DNA of 64,000 nucleotides, from NCBI GenBank assembly GCA_965235115.1, contig OZ249436.1:28026001-28090000 (forward strand). The letters are read 5' to 3'. Source of the stretch: Laetmonice hystrix. Its lineage: Eukaryota. Shown here piece by piece: positions 10,801 through 23,631 of the stretch (positions are counted from its first letter, which is position 1; every line of letters begins with the position of its first letter). The notes below the pieces were generated by a model. The model was given only the letters and a program-made list of their open reading frames with translations, had not been told where the DNA came from and made no database searches. A program made the translations under genes and the position numbers.

Positions 10801-13800
10801 AATCTGCCCTCGGTTTGTCTTCCCATCATCCACGGTACGGGTTTTCTTGCGATTCATTCCTTAAATGCTAAACCAGCAGAATCGTAAGAAAATACCACTT
10901 TAAAAAAAGGTCGCAAAGTGGATGGTGGGCTTTTAGGCTGACATGGTGCTCTGTTGTCACGAATGCATTGCTGAATACGACGCAGGACTGTAACGGTAGG
11001 CCATGAAACACCACCCAGATTACAGCCACAGGTCGTGAGGTGATCACTGTAATCAACCTTTTGTTGTAGGAGTGGAACATGGCTTCTAGTAGTTTTGTAT
11101 CGCCTTAGTGTCTGTAAGTAATTTCGCGATGGGTTTTCGTGAAATTATCCCGTAGAGTTGTGATAAGACGAAAGCTGTAGGTGGCTGAGGTGATGGTGTA
11201 ACGCTTTACTGCTAACATAGATATCAACGAAAAAAGTCAATATCACAGGTTTTGATAATAATCTTTCATTTCTAATTTAAACTGTATTATGAGGTTTTTT
11301 TAAATTCGAGGTAATATCTCATATATTACAAACACGACAATATGAGATAATACATTGATAATACGTTGAATTACGTGATTATTAATGAATGGTTTATTTT
11401 CTTTTTGTCACGCAGGATGAGGTTAATCAAGTATTGACGACAAACGTATGGTTAGAACAGGTACGTTTTGTTGTGCGAACAGGAGGTGTTTTTTAACTTT
11501 ATTTTTATGTTTTTTATTTTTTTTAAATTATCTTGATCTGATTGTTATCTTTATCCATATTACGTCCTATATCGTCATCATCGCCAGTATCCCTTTGATC
11601 ATTGACCAGCATTATTGTTTATGTACGCATAATTATTAACGGAATTATTTATGGCCAGGTTGATGGAGACGTCTCCCAACTTTCCCGTAGAAATTTCTAT
11701 CTCTTCTGAATGATTCTATACTTAGCCTTCCACACTAGATTTCTGCGAGCGACGGTTGAAACATACTCTACCGCTTTTAGTATCAAATCTACGCTGATTT
11801 ATTGAAATAATATCATTGTTGAACAATAATGTTTTTAAAAGATTCATTATCGATCATTAGGGACCTTTGTCAGAATGTTCCCTGTTCCACGTCAGCTCAG
11901 GGAAGGAATCGTGATGTATTATACTGCACAGATCAATCATTTCCGATTAAGCATTCCACAGCTCTGATGGCCAGTGCAAAAACCGTGAATACTATGTTAA
12001 GCAACATCGCGTGTATAAATATATCCCTCCTAATGGCTAATTGTTAATGTGTTATACGTGTCAGTCTCCCAACATCCAGCCATTGGTGTCCCGACTGATA
12101 AATGTTCTTTACCGTGATTGTACTCGGTTCACAGAACAGTCCAAATTGCTGTAACTCCAGACTTTGATCTGTCAGACATTGAAAGTGCTCTCTGGTGATA
12201 CTGCATAAGAAACCTTTGTGAGTACGATATGATGGCACAATGAAACTAGAAACTTTAAGATGGCGTCCCAGTGTTATTAAGAAAAACTTGGCAATGTAAT
12301 CTAATGTGCGTTAGTCTATGGTCCGACTGTCGTTGAAATTGTTCCTTCTCGTTTCAAATTGCTTACTGTGCTTGGAGAAAAAATTGCACTTTGTGAGCAA
12401 TATTAAAGCAATGTTTTAAAGTGTATCCGACAAGGAATCAGTGACGATTTGATATTTCATAGACGATGTTCCCTCTTCCCATTTTAATTGTACAGTTAAA
12501 TAAAGCAATTTATTAAGTTAGGATCGGAAGAAAATTGAAGTCTTGCTAATTGCATCGAAGACGTAATTCCGTTTATATTCCATGGGATTGATAAAACTCG
12601 GTTCCCATCCCACGCATACATAAGTATTCATACGTCGCGAATAAGGATTAGCAGCTGTTCTGTTTGGCCTAAGATAAGAGAAGTTGCCATAATATTAATG
12701 AAGTCTCACCGGAAGCTTTGTATTTTGTATAGCTGAGGTAAATGTACAATCATAGTATATGGTTGTCGCGTGTGGTTGAACAATTACAGTACAGTGTGTT
12801 CCAAAAATATCGACGAGAGTCATAGGCCTGTCAAGATGTCAGATTAGGGAAAAGACCATTTTTAATGTGGTTCTACGTGGTTCATTTCGCCACATAATTA
12901 TCACATTTAGAATGGGAATTCCTCAACACAGCCCAGCAGCTTCAGATCCGGTTTTGCGCTTGAAGAATCCGTATGATCCTTTACGTTTCACACTAAAGGT
13001 CATCTTCAGGGCGTAGCCTTACAAGACACAAAGACCTTGGCAGTATGCATCTTCGTGATAATACGCATGCCACGTTTCGTTTTGATCGAGGCTACTTTGA
13101 TGAGATTGTAATTCATAAGGCTGGCGGAGTGGCGACTAACGTTTTTTTCTCTGAAGCGTTCGTGTAAATATTTGTACGCGTGCGTGTCGCCTTCAACCTT
13201 TTCCTTCAGTCTCTTTCACTCCACAATTCTGTGTGCGGCGTGGGGGTGGGGGGGGGGGGGTGCGTGTGTGTGTCTGTTAACGTGTCCGAGTTTCAGGTTT
13301 CTAGCTAGGACTACGTTTTTGGTGAGGTCTTCAGCTGTGTCAGTACGCCCCATCTGACCAAGCTCTGGTAGTCATTACTGAGTTGCTCCTCCGTTGGCCA
13401 AGATATTTTCCTGCGTTGTCGATCTATAAAATGTGTTTCAAGTGTGGTAATCGATAAAAGGTGCAACTGGTGTGGATTTTTTTCAGGAATGGGTTGATGA
13501 ACGGTTGAAATGGGACCCGAAGGACTATAATGGTCTTCATATGTTGCGGATACCTTGCCAGCGAATATGGTTGCCTGATATTGTGTTATACAACAGGTGA
13601 GTGTCAGTGGGCCTCGTAGAATTTGACAAAGCTACAAACATAGTAGGACCTTATGCTCATATCAATGCGTACAGTCTTACCTATAACGTCATAATGTGTA
13701 CATTTCAACTTCTCCGGAACAGAACCTGTGTGGGCTACGTAAACTTGTATAAAATAGTGCATATTTTATTCCTCTATTTTACACCTGATCCTTTTAATTT

Positions 13801-16800
13801 CGAGTATCACCCTTTATCTCTCCACCAGCGCCGACGACTTCACAGAAGGCTTCATGCAGAGTAAAGCAATGGTTTCTCACGAGGGTAACGTTTTCTGGCC
13901 ACCGCCCGCAAAGCTGAGGAGTTCCTGTAAGATAGACATAACCTATTTCCCGTTTGACGACCAAAAGTGCAAGATGAAGTTCGGTTCGTGGACGTACGAC
14001 GGTTTTCAAGTTGACGTAACGAACAGGTCGGCGAGGGTCGACCTACAAAACTACGTGTACAGCGGCGAGTGGGAACTACTGGGAATCAAAGTACTCCGAA
14101 ACGAGGTGTTCTACCCTTGCTGTGCTGAACCATACCCGGATGTTACGTTCACTATCGTCATGCGCAGACGGACGTTGTATTACCTCTTCAACATCATCTT
14201 TCCGTGTCTTTGGCTGACCATCTTGAGTCTGCTCGGGTTCTGGCTGCCACCTGACTCGGGAGAAAAGATTACTCTTGGCATTACCGTCTTGTTGGCCTTT
14301 TCCGTCTTCATGCTTTTAATAGCGGAGAGCATGCCTGCCACTTCGGAGTTCGTGCCGCTTATAGGTGAGTTCCCTTGATGGTGATGTATATTGCTTTCAA
14401 TAGGCAGAAAATACTATTAACTGCCGTGGGCTTTTGGAGCGCCTGTCAACGCAGATGGAAAAGAAAGAAGCTCATTGTATTAGGAATATGACAAATCCGT
14501 ACGAATAATGAATTTTGTTTCCATGTTGCCGATAGAATACACATTGAAATGGCATTCAGCCTTCAATTTAAAAAAAAACCAAGCCACCTTAATGTGATTC
14601 GTGTAATGCAGTTGGAATAGTTTATTGCGTACGTTGGGTAAATATTTCATTTGCACAGATATAATGTTGCGGTTTCAGTGATTTGTGAGGTACTCGATTA
14701 TAGTGTTCCATTAAACTCCCTTACCTACTAGGTTGGATCCCATACGGCCTGTCCGTGTGTTCTTGACAAAATCGCTCTCTAATGTACATCACCGTCTTTG
14801 ATCAAATCCATCACACGTTCCTCTTCAAAAGGATGTCCACAGATTTTAGCAGCGAATCCTTGCGTTGCTGCAATATGTCCCTGGCGACAGAGGCACTACC
14901 CTGAGAGTGGGACAATAGCTCGGTGGCCAACATGACAGAACCGGTGTGTTGTAGAGACTTGATTTGTATCTCCTGGGCCCACCCTCTCTCGAGGGTTAGA
15001 AGCGCTTGGTGTAAGGGCCGTGGGGGCAAGCTGGGACACGGTGTTGTGCGTGCTAGTGGCCACTCGCCGTAAAATACATTTTACGGACACTTCGGGTATC
15101 ACGAACAATGACCGTGCTTTATGGTCGATATTGAAACAGACACTCAATTCTATAGCGGTCTGTTCCCCGTTCAACGTTAAGTTATCTCAACGTTAGGAAG
15201 CGGCTGGTATTGGCCGTCTCATTGATTGGCCGTCGCTCATGCCTAGACTATGGGATGGCCACTGCCAGGGGGCACTTGTACGTACAGGTGTAACTGAGAC
15301 CGACTAGAGGTTTTTGAAGGCCTACCTGTTGAACTCAATGGTGCTAGATGAGAACATTTACAATATGGAACCACCCATCGGATCAAATTAAAAACTACCC
15401 CCTGGGTAACGGAGGTAAAATAGGTCCCTTCACTGGATTAAAGAGGTTCATCTATACACTCGCTGACTGAAATACTGTCGACAGGGCGTAAAACTTCCAA
15501 TTGACTCACTCACTTACTCAAACCAAAAACTTCCCAAAAACGTTCATGTTGAAAGCGTCATCGTCTCAACATGAATATTTATTCTGGTCCCATTTTTAAA
15601 GGCACACTTCCGATGACTTGAAACTGTTCCCGCGGAATTTTAATGAAATGTTGCGGCTTTGTAATTGGATTGACTAGAGCATTATTCTTTTTCTACTCGG
15701 TATGAATAATCAGACATATTTCTTTAATACGAATAGTAGCAATGTCAAATACTTCAGTGGATGGGCCTACATAAATAATAACTCGCGTTGTAGAGATTTT
15801 GAGAAAAGTAAGAAACATTGGTGGAGAAGCTCTCCTGTCGAAAGACACACCACAATTTTTGCAACCGTGCATAAGCGATTCTTTTTCGAAGTCGCTTTAG
15901 GAGGCCTACATAGTTTCAACATAAAACAGGAAAATGACGTCGTCATAGCCGTGCACCTTGGTCTGTGAATTGCTGAATTCTGACACGAATTTACGTAGCT
16001 TGCATATGTCCCAGGGTGGTCAGTAGTTTACATGAACAAATTTGTGCCATCCGACTTAAATCTAATTCGCAAGCAGTGAGTCGAAATCTATTCGATCAAA
16101 CGCATAGCTAATGAGGTTCTAGGTCAGGGCACTCGCGTCTCCTCTGAGTGACAGCGCATCGAGTTGCAAATGGGCACGACTGAAGCAAATTCAAAGGCCT
16201 AACCCCACTCGCCGATCCACCCAAGCATGCTAAAGGCTCAAGGGGTCACCAAGCCCCCGTCCCGGTTGTCTGCTCACTAAAACCAGGTGAGGCCCGGACC
16301 GCCAATCGTCTTCGGCTCACCGTTTCAGGTCAAAACAAAGCTGCCGCGCACGCGCGCGGTATATGTCTAGGTATCACCCCAGTAAACACACGCCACGTTC
16401 CTTCAGTGGGCGTGTCCTTTGGACAAGGAGCTGTCAACAATTTTCCGAATCTTCTGGAAATTGGCGGCTATACGTCTCTACGGTAGTGCCAATAGTTTTT
16501 AATGTGTCTTCACTGTCATTCTAGAAACACTCAATATTCCTGGGAACCCCCAGTTTTGTTGATGCAGACAAAGAGAGCCCCTTTAATCGTTGACAGCCTG
16601 TTTCTGATTATGGTAGTGCTAGATCTTTCCACTGGTGTCCTTGATCAACTTATTTCCCGGACATGAAACTTCTGCAACTGATAACAATTCATTATTACGC
16701 AAATTTGTCAGCTTTGTTTTTCTAGTGATTTTGCCAATTAGTTGAGGCGCCTGCATTAATCAGTTTCCGAGGTGAACAATGCGCAGTTGCCCCCTGTCCC

Positions 16801-19800
16801 TTCCTGTCCTGATTGCACAGTGAGGTCGGCAGTGACCGGGGTAATGGACATGGTAATTTTATCAAGTTCCCATCCGCTTCACCAACCTCTCATCTTCCGG
16901 ACCCTAAACCACTCTAATGGCCAGTTTAAACAATTGAAACCGAAAACAGTGTTACAATATGTTTTAATCCGTGCATGTATGAACAATCATAACAAAATTT
17001 GCAATGCAGATTGGTTAAGTAGCTCCTGATCAGTAGGAGAAGAGGGCCCTCGTCCATTCTCGACCCGTTGTACGCCTACGGAACACCCACCTCATCCGGG
17101 GCCTCGGGTGGCCGAGTGGTCTAAGGTGTCGGCTCCATCATGACACCTAGGACCATCGCCTCACACCGCTGCGACCCGGGTTCGATTCCCGGCCTGGGCT
17201 GCATGTGTGAAAGGTTTGTCAGTCAGTTCCTTCCCGAAGGTCGGTGGTTTCCTCCGGGTACTCCGGTTTCCTCCACCAAGAAAAACTGACTTTCATCTCA
17301 TCTTCACCGCCGTGATATGACCCTGGCTGTTGCAAGGCGTAAAACCCCAAATACCCCACCCACCTCATCCATGAAGATTAGATCCAGACGTTAAAAATTC
17401 GATTTTAACCGCAGTTCTGTGCGCTGAGACACATTATTCTAGAGTTTATCCTCGGAATTCATTCATATTTTTCTTTTTCTTTTGCCGATCGTTGCACTCC
17501 CCAGTATTCCCGTTATTCTGACTCTGATGTAGCAATAACCAATAACAATCCTTTTGATGAATGGATTTCTTCTCCACCTGAGCTACATTTTCTTTAGCCG
17601 ATTCTACTGCTGTCTAGAGCCATTCGAGACGTTGTAAGCTCACGCCCCGTGCAGCCGTATGGAATCACTCTCTGTGTCCTGTGACAGAAGGTCAGAGTGG
17701 CCGACCAATATCACCCATTGGTCAGTCGGCCACAGTAATCCCCCTATGATGGATTTGGCGAGAGAAGTATAAATTATGGAAAGGATTTATATGACTTGTG
17801 GGGATGTGGACATGATTCCGTGTTAAGTCGCATTTGTTCCTGAAGCTACAGGAAATGCCCTTGCCATACGCCGACACAATAACACTTTGCGCCTTGGGGA
17901 GATCTTATGTCTCTTGATTATGAAGGCCCTCTTTGTAAGTGTCAAACTGCTTTGCAAAAATATTAAACAGGTAGAATTCTAGGAAGACTTATACAATATT
18001 GACCATAACGGCGAAACAGAAAACTTTTGCCACTTTTTTTACCAGAGAGCATCGGGTTATAAGTGCAGCTAAAGAAGTGTATCTGATATTCCATATTTTA
18101 GTCGATTTGGGTAGAAAGACCGAGTACTATACAGAGTGTCCCAACAAAATGTCCAGGCCAAACTAGGCAACCTTAGAATCTATGTACCCCGGATCCTGAT
18201 GGGAAATCTTCTTACATAAAAAACGATTATTTAATAAAGAAAGAAAAGAAAGAAAAGAAAGAAAATGCAATGAAAAAAATGAAAAGTCGCCTTGCTGCAC
18301 CAAAAATATGGTTTGATTCGCTTTACTGGTTTTGATGAATTAAAGACTTTTGCATGAAAGAATATTCCCGTTCGGGACCTCAGGGGGAACATAGATTCTG
18401 AGATTGCCTGGTTTGGCCTGGACATTTTTGGAGAGACACCCTGTATCATATTGACTGCATGATACGTGTACCTTTAGAGATAGACGAGGTGAAAGGAAGT
18501 GCGGTCGTAAATAGAGATAAAGATATGGTACAAAAATATATAAAGAAGTGTTAATAGTCAAAGATTAAGCCAATTACAGAGCTTGAGGTAAATTGCCATC
18601 CATTTAGCAACACTAAAGTAATTCAATGTCTTACTGTAGTAGGCGATCGATCATTTTTCCAAAAAAGGCCCGCGTTGCCCGAAGCCATCTCAAGTAGCGG
18701 AGCTTAGCTTCCTGGTTTGTGTTCGTTCACATGCGAACCAGTGAAACGTGGAGCAGCTTGCCCATGCGTGCTACGGACATGCAGGAGACGCCAGTATCTA
18801 ATTTTAGTTCATGGCCCCTAGTGTTCGTCAGAGGTACTAAAATTAACACTCGTCATGTCCAATATAATGGGAGCCATCGGATGGCGGAAAATACATTGAT
18901 CAGGTCAGAATTATTCCCTGCTATGTCTCCAAAAATATCACTGATTTTTCTAGACTTCTGGCGAAAAATAAAGACAATTTCAGAAGGTGTTTTGTCAAGG
19001 ACACTTGTGTGCCACCGATATTACTTTAATGATGTATCCGTGTCGCAACTTAGAAAGGCGGCCTGCGGAGCAACGTCACAGTGACAAAGCAGGTGGAGAA
19101 AAAAATCTGACGTTCTCCCTAGTCCAAAGGCTTTACGACTGTTGCTGTGTGACACTGAGGGAGCTTTCATGTTCATAATCCTTCACAGTAAGGTGTGAAT
19201 AAGGCGATGATATTGGATGACGTTGCTGTCAGGCGTTAGTTGGTGTTGCTAGGTGAACCGAAATGATAACGTAGATCGCATGAAACCATGGAAAGAAATG
19301 AAAGAAACACACAAGTTGGCGTAAGTCGCTGAATGGCCATTCGACGGCTTGAGCCCACAAGTTGAGGCTGAGTGTCTTTTTCTGTCGTTGAAAGCAAGGA
19401 ATGTCCATTATGTCATGAAGGTCTGATAGAAGGGGAACTTGTTACAGGTTAAGTAGACATTGCGACGTCGGAACCAGGGGCGGGGGGGGGCCCTCCGGTA
19501 GGTGAGGTCATCACATCCAGATTAGGTCTTATCCCGAACTACCTGTGCATAATCTGAGGGCGCCTATGAGACCTGATCCACTGATACCGTGCAATGATAC
19601 CGTACACTGATACCGTCCACCGATACCGTCCACCGATACCGTCCACCGATACCGTCCAACGATACCGTCCACTGATACCGTCCACTGATACCGTCCACTG
19701 ATACCCTATATATGTAGTTGTTTTTAATGCTCAGGGGAAAACATGCTAATGTATAGACTTTATAAGATGACAACTCTGTGTCATTACTGTTTATTTAATT

Positions 19801-20705
19801 AGTAGACATGTTTTATGTTGAAGTCCTCCAAAGGTTACCAAGTTCAAATTTAATGATCTGTTCCAGTGACGTTCTGTTTTGTATGCCACTTTCAGTTATC
19901 TTTGCAGTCAGTAAATTGTGGGATCATAACATGAGCTGATTATTGGCGAATAAAAAGGTTGCTACCCCTTGATTTCATAACCACGCCTGCCAATAAGCCG
20001 GAACTGTTCGGACTGCGAGGGAGATACCAAACCCTTAAAGATTGTAGTTTCGATAGTACTAACATCTCACACAATGTTCCCAATATTTGCTTATTGACAA
20101 TATTTCCATGTTGACTACATGTTTCTTCTTTGTTTATATCACTCACAGGAATCTACCTGACCGTGACAATGGCTATGACGTCACTATCGATTGTATTGAC
20201 AGTGTTCGTCCTACAGCTACATCACGTGGGTCCAAACACCAAGGCGGTCCCAACGTGGATCAGGAAGGTTGTCATAGGCGTGATCGCACGTGCTCTCTGT
20301 ATGACGTCACACCTGCAGGGTTATTACAGTTATCGCGAGACGGGCACAAAGAGGGACGAAATGTGTCTAACGTCGTTTGTGGACAACTTAGAAGTCAAGG
20401 AAAGCAATAATTGTAACGGCAGACTCAATCAAAACCAGATGCGTATCAGTCATGAACGCTCCGAGAGTTTGCGAGACAGGAGCGTGAATTACGACAAGAT
20501 CTCGCGACACCTGAAGATTCTCGTGTCGAAACATGACGGTGAAGATGAATATCAAGACATAATCAATGAATGGAGATTAGTTGCTCACATTATGGACAGA
20601 TTTCTCTTCTGGCTATTTTTGATAGGGTCTTTCCTATCTTCCATCACCATTCTAGTATTCAAGCCAATGATGAAACCTACAGACATGTTAGAGCAAGAGT
20701 ATTGA
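4776..20705 (+). CDS. CHRNA9/10-like: Nicotinic acetylcholine receptor alpha subunit, alpha9/alpha10-like, cation-selective (spliced gene, ~515 aa with exon A or ~525 aa with exon B)
   Basis: Exons: 4776-4851 (tentative), 8363-8449 (tentative), 8935-9071 OR 9870-10036, 11416-11460, 13487-13596, 13829-14364, 20149-20705. All GT-AG and frame-consistent. Cys-loop CKIDITYFPFDDQKC, loop A YNSAD, loop B FGSWTYDG, loop C FYPCCAEPY (vicinal Cys = alpha subunit), loop D VWLEQ, M2 GEKITLGITVLLAFSVFMLL, M4 preceded by EWRLVAHIMDRFLFW. Confidence 0.93.
4975..5152. repeat. Foldback (palindromic) dispersed repeat
   Basis: Arms ~5010-5058 and ~5074-5120 are near reverse complements (GGCGCATGAATACGGCAC / GTGCCGTATTCATGCGCC); the left arm recurs inverted at ~31456-31513. 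Confidence 0.8.
6212..6393. mobile_element. MITE, PIF/Harbinger-like
   Basis: ~29-bp TIR TAAAGCCAGGAATCCATGTGTACGTAGTG / CACTACGGACACATGTATTCCTGGCTTTA with TAA/TTA ends. Confidence 0.75.
6631..7545. mobile_element. Non-autonomous DNA transposon with internal CATTCGA/GAATG motif repeats
   Basis: TIR TTATACCCTAGTCACACT / AGTGTGACGGGGGTATAA; interior dominated by GCATTCGA/CATTCTAA motifs that generate the overlapping spurious ORFs. Confidence 0.75.
8363..8449 (+). CDS. Tentative symmetric (phase 1-1) nAChR exon, GGNRMNQQKHLLNRNQQGGSRGRTIGIVD
   Basis: Pyrimidine-rich tract then CGTAG acceptor, 87-nt open frame, strong donor ATG|GTAAGA; in frame with both duplicated exons. No family motif. Confidence 0.55.
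8935..9071 (+). CDS. nAChR alternative exon A (ECCVPDEQRLMAQLLVHYEPASRPVFNASHVVTVKFGLTLTQISDM)
   Basis: CTAAC branch-point-like motif at 8922-8926, TTGTAG acceptor, GTAAGT donor at 9072; typical nAChR N-terminal helix, RPV motif and beta1. Confidence 0.9.
9429..9637. repeat. Inverted repeat, ~50-bp arms (9429-9479 / 9588-9637), between nAChR exons A and B
   Basis: GTGCTGAACCCACCAAGGCGATTCCCCTTGCG...ATGCGATTTTTGA versus TCAAAATCGCAT...CGCAAGGGGAATCGCCTTGGTGGGTTCAGCAC; 32 bp perfect, then two mismatches and one indel. Confidence 0.93.
9870..10036 (+). CDS. nAChR alternative exon B (AHLINSGGNKKVKLPDEQRLLRNILYNYDTAARPVYNASHTVTVQFGLTLTQIADM)
   Basis: TTGTTTGTAG acceptor, GTATGT donor at 10037; paralogous to 8935-9071 with the same phases (1 to 0). 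Confidence 0.9.
11416..11460 (+). CDS. nAChR 45-nt exon DEVNQVLTTNVWLEQ (loop D)
   Basis: CGCAG acceptor, GTACGT donor; 45-nt size and sequence typical of nAChR genes. Confidence 0.93.
13487..13596 (+). CDS. nAChR 110-nt exon EWVDERLKWDPKDYNGLHMLRIPCQRIWLPDIVLYN (loop A)
   Basis: TTTCAG acceptor, GTGAGT donor, WLPDIVLYN motif. Confidence 0.95.
13829..14364 (+). CDS. nAChR exon: Cys-loop, loops B and C, M1, M2
   Basis: ORF 13854-14378; CCACCAG acceptor, GTGAGT donor at 14365. Confidence 0.97.
17098..17356 (+). mobile_element. tRNA-derived SINE with V-SINE-type core, full length
   Basis: Box A TGGCCGAGTGG, box B GGTTCGATTCC, core GGTTTCCTCCGGGTACTCCGGTTTCCTCC, perfect 14-bp TSD CACCCACCTCATCC (17084-17097 / 17357-17370). 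Confidence 0.9.
18132..18443. mobile_element. Tc1/mariner-type MITE
   Basis: TA flanks; ~90-bp imperfect TIRs CAGAGTGTCCCAACAAAATGTCCAGGCCAAAC... / ...GTTTGGCCTGGACATTTTTGGAGAGACACCCTG. Confidence 0.85.
19577..19705. repeat. 13-bp minisatellite (GATACCGTCCACY), ~9-10 copies
   Basis: Direct reading of tandem units. Confidence 0.9.
20149..20705 (+). CDS. nAChR last coding exon: M3, cytoplasmic loop, M4, stop
   Basis: CTCACAG acceptor; GIYLTVTMAMTSLSIVLTVFVLQLHH ... EWRLVAHIMDRFLFWLF ... TGA at 20703-20705. Confidence 0.96.
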
Positions 20706-20980
20706 TGTGGCTTATTGCTTGTCATGTTAAGATTTTAGTACACGTCACATGCGTGCAAACCTTCTGAGGGAATTCTGTGTTAAAAAGTTTAGCGTCCCGT
20801 CACAGAGGGTTCACGACACGGGGCAATCCAAGGAAGAACATCTGTTTCCCCCAATAATTGGTTTACCAAACGTTGGCCTAGGCACACACGACATGTCGCC
20901 AAGACGTTTTGCTACATGCACAGATTGAAATCCATCTGGATAACGGATATACCGAGTTTGAAATGTTATCAAAACTGCAC

Positions 20981-21068
20981 GAGGGCTTTGACTGCACCAT
21001 GCACATGACAACAGCGTGGAATATGAGGGCTTTGACTGCACCGTGCACATGACAACAGCGTGGAATAT
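20981..21068. repeat. 44-bp tandem duplication just 3' of the nAChR stop
   Basis: GAGGGCTTTGACTGCACCRTGCACATGACAACAGCGTGGAATAT twice. Confidence 0.85.
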
Positions 21069-23014
21069 ACACGGAGGCGCGACAGTGATGTATATGTCTC
21101 AGTTTCGGAATACGAGTTTGTAATGAACCATACTATTACCGGACAAAGTACATTCATTTTTGTGTACATATATTTTCATATACCTGACATAAGAATTGGC
21201 CCGTACATGTGATCATATAAAATGCATGTACATAATGATATTATAGACGTATAGTATAAGGGTGATCTGTTATTATAATGTCGCCCTGATGAAAGCCACT
21301 TTGATAGATTCCAGTTGACAGCGCCCCCCCCCCCCCAGCCTATTGTTGTAGACGCTTATGTACGTCTCGTCAAGTAGCCAATGACCACGGCGGCGTTACA
21401 ACAGGAAGCACTCCAAGTGGCGCCCTCTCTCGTGTTTTTTAAACGGGCGGACGCGCATGCAAATGAGGCGAGAACGTCGGATGTGATTGGCCTCGATGTT
21501 CTGAGGACCTGCAGAGTCGGTTTTAGGTCGCGACGGTCAGCGATTGGTGAGCCTCGCTTCAGTGACTCCGACGATTCCCGCCGGATGTCGCTGTCATTCT
21601 CCGACACCAAAAATGATTATCCTTCCAACAACGGGTGGGCGAGGATGGCCCCGCGGCATGTCAGCAAACATTTTAACAGGGATGGCAGGGAAATGAATAT
21701 TCAGTCGGCAGGCGGACAACGTACCTGCATGATGCCGGAGTGATCAGTCACTGGCGAAAGTAAAGGTTCACGCCAAACCTAACTCAACAATCCTGTTTTA
21801 TTTGGAATGAGTCCACCATGGGCCCGATCTTCACCGAGGTGACTGTGAGAAAAATGTCTATAGTTATCGGCACCTGTGGCCGAGGATATAGGGTTTAAAT
21901 TTCATCAATTCCTTCATGTAATTTATTTCTCCTCGTTCTCCAGTTTCATGTCAAAGCGTCAATACAAGCAGGTTCTGCGAGATCTCAGGCGGGTTCCGTG
22001 AAATTTTGAATGGAGTATCTGTTCCCCCCCCCCCTCTCAATTTTACCGCATATTTCCAGCGTCTTTTGTCATTGGTTGTGGTAGGATATGTAATGTTAGG
22101 TCATCTGTGATCGCGAAGTGATACTGGGGATCTCTGCAGATTGATTAATGCTTGTGACTCAGTATCATTAGTTTAGTTGGAGTGGTGTTATTGTTGGCCT
22201 ATATTCTACTGATTAGTACCATTAGTTTTGCGCGGCTGTATATTTCAGCGTTTGTTCAGCGTTTCATGGTATTATTAGTATAAGAAAGCCCCTGATGTCT
22301 TGATTGAATGAAACGTTTCTGTCTCAAAATAGATCCATTGAAATGTGATAACTGGAACAGGGTCAGTTGACTGGGAAGACCATGGTTTCTGTTGTCCTAG
22401 AAGTGGGTAATATGTCTATATTTCTTCTGTCCTCTAGGCCTAAAGATGAAAGGTCTCTGCTGATGAGTAAATGGGATGTTGAAACCGATGCCGACTCTGG
22501 CATCTACCACTGACAGGAGTGAATATTGGACAGACAATTTTAGGCGTCTATATATGTATTTAATATATTATGTATATTTCTAAAATAGTCGAATTATCTG
22601 CCATCTTTTTGACAGTTAACGTACGCCACAATGTGAGCCACCAACTTCGGTGTGGCGCCGCGGTATCGGCCGCCGTGTGAACGGTCTATTGAATAAGTCC
22701 CGACGTCGGTGTCAGCTCCGGTGTGAACGCCGCAGTGCCATGAGTAACGAACATCATTAAGATATCGTGCCAGACTGAAAAATGAAGCGAAACCAAATTT
22801 CATCAGTAATATCGATATCAACGTTAGAATTTTCTATTGCTGATTGTCCGCCTCTTTGTTACTTGCTGCTGTGACTATGACTGTTGCTGATAATGAGGAA
22901 CGGAATATTGTTGGTTGGCAACCTGAACTTGATGTCACTAGGACTTAGCTATAATCTTGTATTCCTGTGAGAAACATAGATCCGTCAGTTACAATCTATT
23001 TTGATAATGTTTAA

Positions 23015-23631
23015 AGGGGCAATTCTGGAGGGGCGTTTTTACGGAATTCATACATCTTTCAAAGTTATATGTGTTCTAGGGATGTCAGTAAGTGTACATA
23101 CCAAGAATTATAGCCATCCGATTCGTATCCAAAGTGTATGCAACAATCATTAAAAGTTTGATCTATCTGCCTGCCGAGTTGGGAGTTGACACCCCCAGTT
23201 ATAATCTATTTCTCAACTCGAAGATCGCCCTTCTCAAAACCGCACAACATCCAGCGCTATCACCTTCAAATCCCACAATTCCGGAAGCACTAGAATCGTA
23301 TTTCACCCCAACTCCACGTCATTCGTAAAAAAGTTTTTATTGTGGGTAATGATAGTGAAAAACTTGGTTCATACTCAGTATGTCCACGTTCTGTGTGCCC
23401 ACCATTGTAGTAGGCCAAAACACCATGCGCAGGCTATGTATAATGTGTACGCCAAGTGGGCCAACAAAGACCATGTGGGTCGGGGCGGAGCTTGATAACT
23501 GGAAGTTTAAAACTATCAGAAATTCACGGAGAACGATGGTTATATGTCCATATTCTAGTGTCATTAACTTCCTATGTATCTCTACTATATATTAACAGTG
23601 AAAAGGCGAAAATTTCAAACGAATTGCCCCT
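23015..23631. mobile_element. Non-autonomous element with TTAA TSD, Kolobok-like
   Basis: TTAA|AGGGGCAATTC ... GAATTGCCCCT|TTAA; purine-purine termini plus TTAA target fit Kolobok rather than piggyBac. Confidence 0.75.

Noticed and set aside
9199..10993. Docking/selector-type pairing between TTACAGTCTGC (~9200) and GCAGGACTGTAA (~10982)
   Set aside because: Only ~11 bp with a bulge; could be chance without comparative covariation data.
22290..22490. Hammerhead-ribozyme-like CTGATG...GAAA strings
   Set aside because: Core boxes are incomplete and I could not form stems I-III.
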